DNA of 64,000 bases from Octopus sinensis (Eukaryota), in the NCBI RefSeq assembly GCF_006345805.1, contig NC_043000.1, positions 147,312,001-147,376,000 of the forward strand. The letters run 5' to 3'. Position numbers and translations under genes: made by a program. Under the pieces are notes generated by a model. That model did not search any database and was not told where the DNA came from. It saw nothing but the letters and a program-made list of their open reading frames with translations. Shown here in pieces: positions 51,065 to 62,832 of this stretch. Each line of letters begins with the position of its first letter. Positions within the stretch are counted from its first letter, which is position 1.

Positions 51065-51377
51065 ATATATACTTAATTATCTGTAAATGTAATATGTGAC
51101 AATTATTCGGGAGCCAAGATAAAACTCCGAGTTTCGGATGCCGAGGTGGAAATCCATGCCACCATCTCTTCAGTTATCCAGCCATCAGATAACTGAATAG
51201 AGATAGAGATGGTGGCGTGGATTTCCACCTCGGTATCCGAAACTCGGAGGTTTATCTTGGCTACCGAATAATTGCCACATATTACATTTACAGATAAATT
51301 CCTCTATTTACATGATATCGAGGTCTCTTTCTTTCTTTTGTTATCTTACCGTTTTTTATCAATATATACTTAATTAT
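51065..51377. mobile_element. Palindromic insertion (about 100-bp arms) with a 16-bp TSD; Penelope pLTR-like
   Basis: Arms at about 51078-51178 and 51188-51297 are reverse complements. ATATATACTTAATTAT is repeated at 51065-51080 and 51362-51377. Confidence 0.65.
51118..51178 (-). ncRNA. Type I hammerhead-ribozyme-like motif
   Basis: The - strand reads GATAA-CTGAAGA-[stem II]-CGAAA-CTCGGAG-T-T-TTATC. Stem I (GATAA/TTATC) is perfect, the core is CUGANGA/GAAA, and stem III is near-palindromic. Confidence 0.55.
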
Positions 51378-51497
51378 TAATTTTTGATTATTCTAGCAAG
51401 TAACAAAAATATATTTTGGTTGCCTGAACAAGAATATCAAAGTGAGAAATTCTTAGTAACAACAAAATGAAATGTCAGCTTTGAATAAATATATGAG

Positions 51498-52853
51498 CGT
51501 TAGCACCTTGAGAGAAATGTTGTACCTAAGAGGCATCAGTTGTGGTGTGCAAGAGAGACGATTGCGCTGGTATGGTCATGTGGCGAGAATGGATGAAGAT
51601 AGGTGTGTGAGAAAGTGCCAATCCTTAGCAGTTGAGGGAACCCGTGGAAGAGGTAGACCCAGGAAAACCTGGGACGAGGTGGTGAAGCACGACCTTCAAA
51701 CTTTAGGCCTCACTGAGGAAATGACCAGCGACCGAGACCTTTGGAAATATTCTGTACGTGAGAAGACCAGGCAGGACAAGTGAGCCCAGCCCACTTATGA
51801 ATGCCTTTCCTCCCTTGGACACAAAGACCTGTTGAGGCAAGCAAAGTCGATATAGAACCTCATCCGACGACAGGCACCCATGCCAACCCCCTTTGCTTGC
51901 GAAGACATGTTGGGGCAAGCGAAATCGAATTGAACCAGCCAGGATCCCTGGTCTGGTGGTACGTAAAAAGCACTATCCGACTTGTGGCCGATGCCAGCGC
52001 CGCCTCCACTGGCTTCCGTGCCGGTGGCACGTAAAATACACCAATCTGACCGTACGACAGGCACCCATGCCAACCCCCTTGCTTGCGAAGACATGTTGGG
52101 GCAAGCGAAATCGAATTGAACCAGCCAGGATCCCTGGTCTGGTGGTACGTAAAAAGCACTATCCGACTCGTGGCCGATGCCTCCACTGGCATCCGTGCCG
52201 GTGGCACGTAAAATACACCAATCTGACCGTACGACAGGCACCCATGCCAACCCCCTTGCTTGCGAAGACATGTTGGGGCAAGCGAAAACGAAATCGAAAT
52301 CGAATTGAACCAGCCAGGATCCCTGGTCTGGTGGTACGTAAAAAGCACTATCCAACTCGTGGCCGATGCCAGCGCCGCCTCCACTGGCTTCCGTGCCGGT
52401 GGCGCGTAAAATACACCAATCTGACCGTACGACAGGCACCCATGCCAACCCCCTTGCTTGCGAAGACATGTTGGGGCAAGCGAAATCGAAATCGAATTGA
52501 ACCAGCCAGGATCCCTGGTCTGGTGGTACGTAAAAAGCACTATCCGACTCGTGGCCGATGCCAGCACCCCCTCGTTTGGCTTCCGTGCAGGTGGCACATA
52601 AAATACACCAATCCAACCGTGGCCGTTGCCAGCCTCGCCTGGCACCTGTGCAGGTGGCACGTAAAAAGCACCCACTACACTCACGGAGTGGTTGGCGTTA
52701 GGAAGGGCATCCAGCTGTAGAAACACTGCCAGATAAGACTGGAGCCTGGTGCAGCCTTCTGGCTTTCCAGATCTCCGGTCGAACCGTCCAACCCATGCTA
52801 GCATGGAGAACGGACGTAAAAAAGAAAAAAAAAAAAAAAAAGAAAAAGAAAAA
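51498..52853 (+). mobile_element. 5'-truncated RTE-clade LINE with a tandemly amplified 3' UTR and an A-rich tail
   Basis: RRLRWYGHVARM...GRGRPRKTW (stop at 51783); four 177-198-bp units starting at 51867, 52054, 52231 and 52429; A-tract at 52818-52853. Confidence 0.9.
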
Positions 52854-53249
52854 TACATAGTGTAATCACCACCAGTGTTACCACAATTTTATGTCCAATT
52901 TCTCTGTTGGTATTAAGTGGACAAAGCTTCACATTCCAAGTCGGTTCTTATTTGAAGGTACTGCCCTCTTAGACAAGCCAGAGGAACATATCTCATTTGT
53001 ATATTTCATTTTTACCTTAGTTTTAAAAGCCATTGTTCCTGCTAACACCTACCACGTTGCAGAGTGTACTGCATGCATTTTATTGTGGCATCAACATTAG
53101 AGAGTCCGTCTCAAAGAGGGGCTCTCAAAGTCAGTCAACTTAAAAACCAAAGATTACAAGCACTGCCTCCTCTCTCTCTCTCGGCCTTTGTTATTGATAC
53201 TATAACATCCTCTGCACCTTGGAACTAGCTGGGCTCATGTCATCTCTCT

Positions 53250-53440
53250 TCAGACATTCCTTATCTCTCCTCTTCTCACCATTTTGTTGAAACCAACTAT
53301 CCCTACTTCTTCAAGCCATATATTCATCACTACACTTGGTCTTTTCTTCCCAGAACATCAGCCTGTAAAAATTTCTCCTTGCCCACAGATTTTGTCTTAC
53401 AAACGTTCAAGAGGAACATTAAATGGCATCAGTCTCAACT
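53250..53440 (+). mobile_element. Decayed CR1/L2-group LINE 3' fragment
   Basis: FLPRTSA...LQTFKRNI. Confidence 0.5.
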
Positions 53441-54017
53441 GGTCAAGAAGGGTCTGCACTGGCCTTTCTCCAAACTCCAAACAAAGTTAAGAAATGTCTG
53501 AAGAATCCTGCTGATAACTTCTCTTCTATCTGTTTTAAATATTGTATTGTATTTTTAAAATAAAGTGTTGATGCAAACACAAATCTCATTTAAAAAATAG
53601 TTAAACAGGAGAAAATGGTGGTTTTCTTTCAAAATATCATTTCTCTTTGCATCTAGATTTAGTTTCAAAATACATAAGCCAATGATGGAATCACCACATG
53701 GTCACTTAACCTGCAAGAAATAGCAGTCAAATCACCCACCCACCCAAATTACATGCTGCCATCAGGAAGAGGAGGGTGTCACACTGGGAAATGTAGTCCT
53801 AGATGTGCAATTTCTGAGAGAAGAATAAGACAGTCATGGGCCAGAATGTTTTTGGTCAAAGCCCTTCTCAGAACTCACCTAGGGCTAAAGAACAAATATA
53901 TTTTGCATTCAATCTTAGATTAGTGTATGTCTACACACACACACACACACACACATACACAAATCATTTAATTCCAAAAATTATTTTCAGAATTAACACA
54001 GTAGAAATGAAACTCAC

Positions 54018-54094
54018 CTTCTGTATTTTTAATTCTGTGTTTATAACCATAGTGCCACTCATCATAACTAAAGGAATTCCGAGCCTTCCTTGAT
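54018..54094 (-). CDS. LBP/BPI-family exon (DQGRLGIPLVMMSGTMVINTELKIQK)
   Basis: CTTCAG acceptor, GTGAGT donor, 77 nt, phase 1-0. Resembles BPI EKLQKGFPLP...VQLYNVVLQPHQ. Confidence 0.85.
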
Positions 54095-54225
54095 CTGAAG
54101 ATTAAAATCAAAAATATGTGTGTCTTTAATACTTGAGAGACTAAGTCTATCAATACTCTTCTGCATTAAAGAAGATGAAAGATACTGAAAGTGTTTATTA
54201 ATTATAAACTTATTTAAGTCCTTAC

Positions 54226-54280
54226 CATTGATTCGAGGAATCACGTACTTCTTGATAACCATATTTGTTAATGGATAGAA
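54226..54280 (-). CDS. LBP/BPI-family exon (FYPLTNMVIKKYVIPRIN)
   Basis: CTTTTCAG acceptor, GTAAGG donor, 55 nt, phase 0-1. Resembles human BPI IMNYIVPILVLPRVN. Confidence 0.85.
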
Positions 54281-55099
54281 CTGAAAAGATGACAAAAAAG
54301 GAAAAAAATGTTTGAAGAATTAAGATAGCCATGGTTATGAAAAAATGCATGAATGAACGCAGTATTTGCCAATATACATAAGCCAATGATGGAGTCTCTA
54401 CATGGTCTAAAAATGCATGAAGGAACACTGAGTATTTGCCAATATTAAGTGTATTTTCCAATGTATTTAGAGATGAAGAATACAACATATCACCATTTGA
54501 TCATCAATTTATTGACCAACAAACATAGTATGTGAATGCAAATGTTCCTGCGACAGGTGGGCTGAAGAGATACGATACTTAGTTCCAATCTAGCCAAGAA
54601 TCAGCTAAGTGAATGAAAAAAAAGACATCTAATGCTTATTTATTAAATAATAATAATGAAATTATTGTATACAGTGCTCAGGTGCACCACAACTTGTCAA
54701 AAGTGCGTATAAAGAATATGCAGTAATGTACAAATGTCTGGAAAGTGAACAGTGTATGAGTCGGATACATGCTTGCATGTATATGGAGGGGAGAAAATCA
54801 GGTGTTTTTAATTAATCAAGCATTAACTCATGGCTTGAGATTTCAATGATGGGATTGTTACTTTTAGAATGACATTGTAGGATAGGGGTGGCTGGATCTG
54901 GTCAGTTTGAACACAAAACAGGTAGAATATTTGGGCCAGGTATAGCTAGTTTAAATACCAAAGAATTAGAGAATGTAGAGAGACTTCTGTCAGCCAAAAT
55001 TAATTCTACATCTGCACATGTATGTGCAGGCAAGGATGAGATTTTATTAAGGAAAGTTGACAAGTTGTCCATGCATTCAAGTTTTCACTCTGCATAGCA

Positions 55100-55618
55100 C
55101 TGATATTATTCAAGGCAAAGACCACATGTAATGACATGCATAAGATCTGGTCATCAAATCTAAGTAGAGACTTCAAACTTGAAATCTTCAAAGCCACCGT
55201 CAAACCAATTCTGCTATATGGCTCAGAAACCTGGACGTTATCAAAAAAGCTTGAGAGGCGGTTGGATGGAACCTACACTCGCCTCCTTATGAGAGCTCAA
55301 AATTTCTTGTGGAAGCATCATCCAACCAAAATGCAAATATATGGGAAACTACCACCTGTGTCATCCCTTGTGAAAGGTAGGAGAGTCCAGTTTGCTGGAC
55401 ATTGTTGTAGAGCTGAAAAAGAGGTAATTTCTACTCTTCTCCTCTGGAAGCCATCTACTCGCAATACCAGAGGGCGCACACTCTCCTACCCTGATGTAAT
55501 CTCCAGGGAAACAGGCATCCAGCAACAGGACCTCCGTAATGCCATGATGGACCGTGAAGTCTGGTGTAGCATGGTAAATTCCATTGTCTCAACCACGGTC
55601 GAACAATGATGATGATGA
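55100..55618 (+). mobile_element. RTE-clade LINE 3' fragment with a (GAT)n tail
   Basis: KIWSSNL...FKATVKPILLYGSETWTL...RRVQFAGHC; ORF ends at 55609. Confidence 0.9.
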
Positions 55619-55722
55619 AAGGCCACATACTAAGGCCAATACAACTTAGCATTAGTGTCACTGCAGGTGTTGCTGTCAGAACAGAAAGAATTGTAGGAGA
55701 CACCATAAGGTATTTTGCCTGA

Positions 55723-55952
55723 GGCGGTGAGTTGGCAAAAACGTTAGCACGCCGGGCGAAATGCTTAGCGGTATTTCATCTGCGTTACGTTGTGAGTTCA
55801 AATTCCACCGAGGTCGACTTTGCCTTTCATCCTTTCGGGGTCGATAAATTAAGTACCAGTTACGTACTGGGGTCGATGTAATCGACTTAATACCTATGTC
55901 TGTCCTTGTTTGTCCCCTCTGTGTTTAGCCCCTTGTGGGTAATAAAGAAATA
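55723..55952 (+). mobile_element. SINE family C with TSD GGTATTTTGCCTGA
   Basis: TSD at about 55709-55722 and 55953-55966. Confidence 0.9.
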
Positions 55953-56307
55953 GGTATTTTGCCTGACTCTTTAAAAGATTCATCAATCTACCACCCTGAA
56001 TCAATACTTTTTTTACTGACCCTGAAAGGATAAAATGCAAAGTTGACCACAGCAAGATTTGAACTCACGCTACAGAGAGCCAAAACAAATTCGGGACGTA
56101 TTTTATCTAGTATCTAATAACTCAGCCACTTCAGCCACTTCGCCATCAGAGAGCAGATGTGTGCTAAAATATGACATCTGAGATTAAGCAATGATTGGCC
56201 AAATGAAAATATAAAAACAGATGAGGTTAATAGTTCAGAAAATTTAAATTATCACACCAATAATTCATATCAGAAATGTAGACATTTTATAAATTAAATA
56301 AACTCAC

Positions 56308-56356
56308 ATTGAAATTTTCACCAAATAAACTATTTTTCCTATTAATTGTTTTGAAA
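56308..56356 (-). CDS. LBP/BPI-family exon (FKTINRKNSLFGENFN)
   Basis: Long poly-U/C tract plus CAG acceptor, GTGAGT donor, 49 nt, phase 2-0. Bridges the flanking exons in frame. Confidence 0.8.
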
Positions 56357-56694
56357 CTGGAAAAAGAAAAAAAAAAAAAGAAAATGAAATTTGCAAATGA
56401 TAGGAAATACAGACATCAGATAAATTTGTGCTTTATCAGATTTATATCCTGTCCCCTGTCACAAACTAATCTTGGAAAAAGTGGAGATTATAGACATTAA
56501 CAGATTGTGTGTAAACATCAATTTTCAAAAAACTAAAATGTCTGGGAAGTTTCTAGAGTGAGATATATATAAAAAGAAATGAAAGCATGAACCTTTCACA
56601 TCTGATCAATTTATATATAAACTGATTTTTTGGGGGGATAAAGTCCAAAACCAATAATTTATTGTATTGATTCCAGTATTTTACTCATATTTAA

Positions 56695-57272
56695 GGATCC
56701 GACTCGTGGCCGATGCCAGCACTGCCTCGACTGGCTTCCGTGCCGGTGGCACGTAAAATACACCAATCCAACCGTGGCCGTTGCCAGCCTCGCCTGGCAC
56801 CTGTGCAGGTGGCACGTAAAAAGCACCCACTACACTCACGGAGTGGTTGGCATTAGGAAGGGCATCCAGCTGTAGAAACATTGCCAGATTAGACTGGAGC
56901 CTGGTGCAGCCTTCTGGCTTCCCAGAACCCCAGTCGAACCGTCCAACCCATGCTAGCATGGAGAACGGACGTTAAACGATGATGATGATTACCTTACTAC
57001 ACCTAAAGGGATGAAAAGTAAAATTGACTTCACTAGCATCTAAATTCGGAGCTGGCAGAAACGTCAGCACGCCGGGCGAAATGCGTAGCCGTATTTCGTC
57101 TGTCGTTACGTTCCGAGTTCAAATTCCGCCGAGGTCGACTTTGCCTTTCATCCTTCCGGGGTCGATAAATTAAGTACCAGTTTCGCACTGGGGTCGATGT
57201 AATCGACTTAATCCCTTTGTCTGTCCTTGTTTGTCCCATTTGTGTTTAGCTCCTTGTGGGTAGTAAAGAAAT
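56695..57272 (+). mobile_element. Family E repeat (56695-56990) followed by SINE family C (57047-57272)
   Basis: Matches to the two families. Confidence 0.85.
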
Positions 57273-57891
57273 ATATAGGGATATTGAATAAATATTCTAT
57301 TTAGTCTAGCATTGTGAAGGGACATGGCCTAGTGGTTAGGGTGTTTGGCCCGTGACCATCATGTTGCAGGCTCAATTCCTGGATCAGGCAACACATTGTG
57401 TCCCTAAGCAAAGCATTTCATCTTACACTGCTCCAGTCTACTCAGCTGTAATGAGTACCAGCCAGGTACTGGTGCAGCCCCACTCTCTCTCCCTTAGCGG
57501 TCACATCTTTGATGTTTCACTGGGTCATGGGTGAGGGGATTAGGGTGTATCCTATGTCTTTTATTATTGACAACATAGTTCTCTAAAACAATTAGTGAAC
57601 GATGACTGATTGTATTTAGTCTAGCATGCTTTCTACTATTTCTGTCAATGAACCACTATTTTGTTATGTATAATATTCATTTATTATTGTTTAGCCCATG
57701 TCAGCTACAATCAAGCAAACCTATAATCAAAGTATACTAATCATGACCATTCCATTTTATTTTCATACAGTATATCCAGGACTATACTATCCAAATGTTC
57801 TTCCTTTTTTAAGATTATAGGAACTTGAGCTGCTATTTCTAGCAAGCAGAGTGACCATGTACTGGCTTCCACATTCTTTTGATTAGATACT

Positions 57892-58258
57892 ATACTCTTT
57901 ACTCTTTTACTTGTTTCAGTCATTTGACTGCGGCCATGCTGGAGCACCACCTTTAGTCGAGCAAATTGACCCCGGGACCTTATTCTTTGTAAGCCCAGTA
58001 CTTATTCTATCGGTCTCTTTTGCCGATCCGCTAAGTGACAGGGACGTAAACACACCAGCATCGGTTGTCAAGCAATGCTAGGGGGACAAACACAGACACA
58101 CAAACATATACACACACACTTATATATATATACATATATACGACAGGCTTCTTTCAGTTTCCGTCTACCAAATCCACTCACAAGGCATTGGTCGGCCCGG
58201 GGCTATAGCAGAAGACACTTGCCCAAGATACCACGCAGTGGGACTGAACCCAGAACCA
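57892..58258 (-). mobile_element. SINE family B
   Basis: Match to the family. Confidence 0.88.
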
Positions 58259-58525
58259 AGCAATGACAAAACTTGATTAATTTTTTAAATAATCAAAGGA
58301 AACCATGTTTCAGACTGCTGATACTATTTGTCACTTGCAACACCTGACAGAAGTATAACCATCTTTCAGCTGACAAAGTACCATTTAAACCCAGAACACA
58401 CAGGGATGGAACAGATACTGCAAGGAAGGCCATCCAATGCAATAACAATTCTGAAAATCCATTGCTCTGAATTGGTACTTCGGAAAAAAGACAAAATCAG
58501 CAGGATTTGAACTCAGAGCATAGAG

Positions 58526-58762
58526 CAGTGCTTTTCAAACTTTTTGCTGAAGAGGAACCCCAAGGAAACATTCCACTGGCTCGAGGAACCCCTGTGCAAT
58601 AATTTAATTGTCTTATGCACACATATCTGCACAGGAGAATTAAAAATTACTGTTGATTTTAGCATTTTTGTAACTTCTTGCAGAACCCCTGGACTGTACT
58701 GGCGGAACCCTAAGGTTCTGCGGAACCCTAAGATTCCGCGGAACCCTGGTTGAAAACCACTG
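58526..58762. mobile_element. hAT (Charlie-type) MITE
   Basis: CAGTG...CACTG TIRs; 8-bp TSD GCATAGAG at 58518-58525 and 58763-58770. Confidence 0.9.
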
Positions 58763-59102
58763 GCATAGAGAATTGGAACAGATATAAGATACCACAATGC
58801 AGTCTATCTAGCACTAATGATTCAGCCAATTCATCACCCTAGTATCAATAATACACTATAGTTAATTCAATTGTCTATATTAAGTACCTGAGCAAAAAAT
58901 ATATTTATTCATATATATAATTGCTTTATTCTATTTTTAAATATCTTCTCTCACATCACTGAACTATGATACAAAGTAGAATTTCGCAGATATATTACTC
59001 TATAGAATTACATCGCCATACAACCACAAATTGCTTGCAAGAAAATAGTTTAACTACATCAACTTTAACCCTTTAGCATTCAGATTACTCTGTCAAATGT
59101 CG

Positions 59103-59470
59103 GAGACCCTCTTCGGTCACGACACAGACCATGGGATTGCACCTAGAAAGTTACCCTCCTAGACACGAGTCCGGGCGAGGTTGTTTATGGAAGACCAGCA
59201 GTCGCCCATGCATACCAGCCTCCCCTCTCCACGCCACCAGTGTTATCCAAGGGAAAGACAAAAGTCGATACAGCTTGGCACCAGTGATGTCGCAACTCAT
59301 TTCTACAGCTGAGTGAACTGGAGCAACGTGAAATAAAGTGCCTTGCTCGAGAACACAACACGCAGCCTGGTCCGGGATTCGAGCTCACGATCATAAGCTC
59401 ACGATCGTAAGCTCGACAACCTCACGATCGTAAGCTCGACACTCTAACCACTGAGCCATGCGCCTTCACA
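59103..59470 (-). mobile_element. SINE family D
   Basis: Reverse complement of 25619-25954. Confidence 0.88.
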
Positions 59471-60054
59471 TGTAATACTTATTTATTCACATTGTCTGAC
59501 TTAACCATCATTATTTTGTAGCCCCAAGATTTCAATAATGTGGTTGCTTGTTTTTTTTAATATTATTATGGAATAGGTGTGAGAAACCAGATTTGACCAG
59601 TTTGAGCATAAAGCAAGTTGAATATTTGGGTGGGCCAGATATGGCCAGTTTGGATGCTAAAGAGTTAAATTATTTCAACCAATATTTCTATCATTCATAA
59701 TGAATTTTCATGAAGTATATTTCAATAATACTGCAGTCTAAGAAAAAGAGAAAAGAAATAATAAAATAAACCCTCTTTGCTTTTTTTTTTTTTTTTTTGT
59801 AGCTTTTTCTTTAACTCTTTTCATATCAACCCATCTCAAACAGCCCCTGATTTAAAAGGATTTTAATTAAAACCTTCCATCAAAATTTAATTAAAACCTC
59901 CCATCAAAATAAAATAACTGATTTATGTTCCAGACACTAGCTTAATAATGAGGAGGTTGTTTTTACTAAATTCATTATTTTCAAAAGTAGCTGGAAAAAA
60001 CAGCAGAGTGTTTCAACAAAAATATGATAAAGAAAGAGTTAATGTTAAACTTAC

Positions 60055-60122
60055 GTAAATTTGACAATTTGTGAATAAAGTCTACTATCCTTAATGAACG
60101 CACTCATGTGTGCTTTTAAATC
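60055..60122 (-). CDS. LBP/BPI-family gene, first visible exon (DLKAHMSAFIKDSRLYSQIVKFT); the 5' part of the gene lies outside the window or was not found
   Basis: On -, TTCTTTGTTACAG acceptor and GTAAGT donor; 68 nt; only frame 0 is open; phase 0-2 joins the next exon. Confidence 0.8.
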
Positions 60123-60198
60123 CTGTAACAAAGAATGAAATGAAAATAAGAAGTTGGATAAACCTTAGTTTTGATATAAACAAATGTTTCATTAATAA

Positions 60199-60710
60199 CT
60201 GGCAGTATCGCCCGGCGTTGCTCGGGTTTGTAAGGGAAATAACTATATAAGCATTTTTAGAGAGTTATAGCCAAAATATAGCAAAAAAATGCTTTAAAAA
60301 TGGAAAAAAAATGATGGTAAATTTTTTTTTAAATCGTTGACTCATCGTAGACATTTTTAGAGAGTTACTTCCCTTATATAATAGCGAAAAAATGCATTAA
60401 AATGGAAAAAAATGATGGCAAATATTTTTTTAAATCGTTGACTCATCGTAGACATTTTTAGAGAGTTACTTCTCTTATATAATAGCGAAAAAATGCATTA
60501 AAATGGAAAAAAACGATGGTAAATTTTTTTTTAAATCGTTGACTCATCGTAGACATTATTAGAGAGTTACTTCCCTTATATAATAGCGAAAAAATGCATT
60601 AAAAATGGGAAAAATTGATGGTAAATTTTTTTTAAATCGTAGACTCATTGTAGACACGCGCTAATACCCAGAAGGGCTCGATATGAATCACGACTATAAG
60701 ATACCCGGTT
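60199..60710 (-). mobile_element. Helitron-like element with an internal tandem repeat of about 87 bp, 5'-truncated
   Basis: 3' hairpin CCCGAGCAACGCCGGG; internal unit ACATTTTTAGAGAGTTAC... occurs about four times. Confidence 0.8.
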
Positions 60711-60771
60711 CTGAGATCAATAATTGGCCCTAAATCAGTTGTTGTCAGCTTGCTGCCTTACAAGGGCTACA

Positions 60772-61209
60772 TACTCTTTATTCTCTCTTTAGTCTTTTGC
60801 TTGTTTCAGTCATTTTGACTGTGGCCATGCTGGAGCACCGCCTTTAGTCGAGCAAATTGACCCCAGGACTTATTCTCTGTAAGCCTAGTACTTATTCTAT
60901 CGGTCTCTTTTGCCGAACCGCTAAGTTACGGGAACATAAACACACCAGCATTGGTTGTCAAGCGATGCTGGGGTGACAAACACAGACACACAAACATATA
61001 CACACACACACACATATATACACACATATATATACATATATATACGACAGGCTTCTTTCAGTTTCCATCTACCATATCCAATCACAAGGCTTTGGTTAGC
61101 CCGAGGCTATAGCAGAAGACACTTGCCCAAGGTGCTATGCAGTGGAACTGAACCCAGAACCATATGGTTCGTAAGCAAGCTACTTACTACATAGCCACTT
61201 CTACACCTA
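60772..61209 (-). mobile_element. SINE family B
   Basis: Match to the family. Confidence 0.88.
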
Positions 61210-61691
61210 TAATGAAATTATATTGAACCTTGGTATGCAATCAGTCATGTTTCTGCTCACTGATAATACATTGTCCTATTTAAATTTTAACTGCAATAAA
61301 GCTTTTTTATAAAAAAATGTGCTTAAAATGCAAGTGTTGTATCTGGTTAAAATATTTGATTTCTAAAGAAAACATCCAACAGCTCCATAGTAACCCCTTT
61401 GGACATATGCTACCCACTTATGAGCCATTAATGCTCCCAAGGAGGTGCTACCACCCAAGGGAAGAACCACTACCCCTAAACTAACTAATATAAATGCTTT
61501 TTGCATGGAAAAGTAAATTTGAAGATAACATAACCACTCTCAGTAATATGCAAATTTTCACATCTACTTATGTACAATGAATCTCTCAACATTACTTTGG
61601 CAAGTATGGTATAGTCTGTACTATGCTGAAGAAGTTTAACTAGCCTGAAACATGTCTGGAGTTATTTCTTGTAATTAAAATAATATTGGAT

Positions 61692-62075
61692 GGAAGCACT
61701 TCGTCGGTTACGACGATGAGGGTTCCGGTTGATCCGAATCAACGGAACAGCCTGCTCGTGAAATTAACGTGTAAGTGGCTGAGCACTCCACAGATACGTG
61801 CACCCTTAACGTAGTTCATGGGGATATTCAGCGTGACACAGAGAGTGACAAGGCCGGCCCCTTGAAATACAGGTACAACAGAAACAGGAAGTAAGAGTGA
61901 GAGAAAGTTGTGGTGAAAGAGTACAGCAGGGATCACCACCATCCCCTGCCGGAGACTCGTGGAGCTTTTAGGTGTTTTCGCTCAATAAACACTCACAACG
62001 CCCGGTCTGGGAATCGAAACCGCGATCCTATGACCGCAAGTCCGCTGCCCTAACCACTGGGCCATTGCGCCTCCA
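61692..62075 (-). mobile_element. SINE family A
   Basis: Match to the family; AATAATATT flanks both sides. Confidence 0.9.
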
Positions 62076-62471
62076 CACAATAATATTAATCATTGGCTGA
62101 TGTTGTTTTATCCTCACAACATAACCATTTCAGATTATCCTTTTGATGCTAAACACTAAATCAAATAACACTAAATTAAGTAATGTTTTTTTCTTGTAGA
62201 TTACATCTTTGAGTGATATTTCTTAGTAATTCATTCTTTAAAACATTATACTGTCAGTCATATTAGTATGAATCCATGTGCATATCATTTGATACCAGGT
62301 AATTAGTAATAGAGAATGAAGCTATTCTAAAAGAGAAAGAACATACATCTAATGAGAGATAAAGTATCTAGAAGTTATTAACAAGAGAGAAAGAAGGATA
62401 GGAGGCAACATTTTATTATTTTGCATTGAAATGAATGAAATTACAAAAATATAATAGAACAAGTTATTTTT

Positions 62472-62832
62472 CTACGATTTAGATTCCTAACTACTCCCAC
62501 ATTTTGCGGTGCAGTTTAACCAAAACCGGGTATCTTATAGTCGTGATTCATATCGAGCCCTTCTGGGTATTAGCGCGCATCTATGATGAGTCTACGATTT
62601 AAAAAAAATTTACCATCATTTTTTTCCATTTTAATGCATTTTTTCGCTATTATATAAGGGAAGTAACTCTCTAAAAATGTCTACGATGAGTCAACGATTT
62701 TTAAAAAAATTTACCATCATTTTTTTTCCATTTTTAATGCATTTTTTTGCTATTTTTTGGCTATAACTCTCTAAAAATGCTTATATAGTTATTTCCCTTA
62801 CAAACCCGAGCAACGCCGGGCAATACTGCTAG
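62472..62832 (+). mobile_element. 5'-truncated Helitron-like element between two copies of a roughly 120-bp direct repeat
   Basis: Hairpin plus CTAG|T end; 62353-62474 resembles 62833-62958. Confidence 0.8.

Noticed and set aside
51795-52858. Three overlapping ORFs of 273-332 aa with internal repeats; also considered as a CRISPR-like array
   Set aside because: They are tandem units of a LINE 3' UTR; there are no unique spacers and the context is eukaryotic.
59660-59740. Strong - strand acceptor after the 68-nt LBP/BPI exon
   Set aside because: The required phase gives early stops or lacks a donor; 56308-56356 fits instead.
62296-62326. Possible further LBP/BPI exon (IASFSITNYL)
   Set aside because: The donor is weak (GTATCA) and no compatible upstream partner was found.
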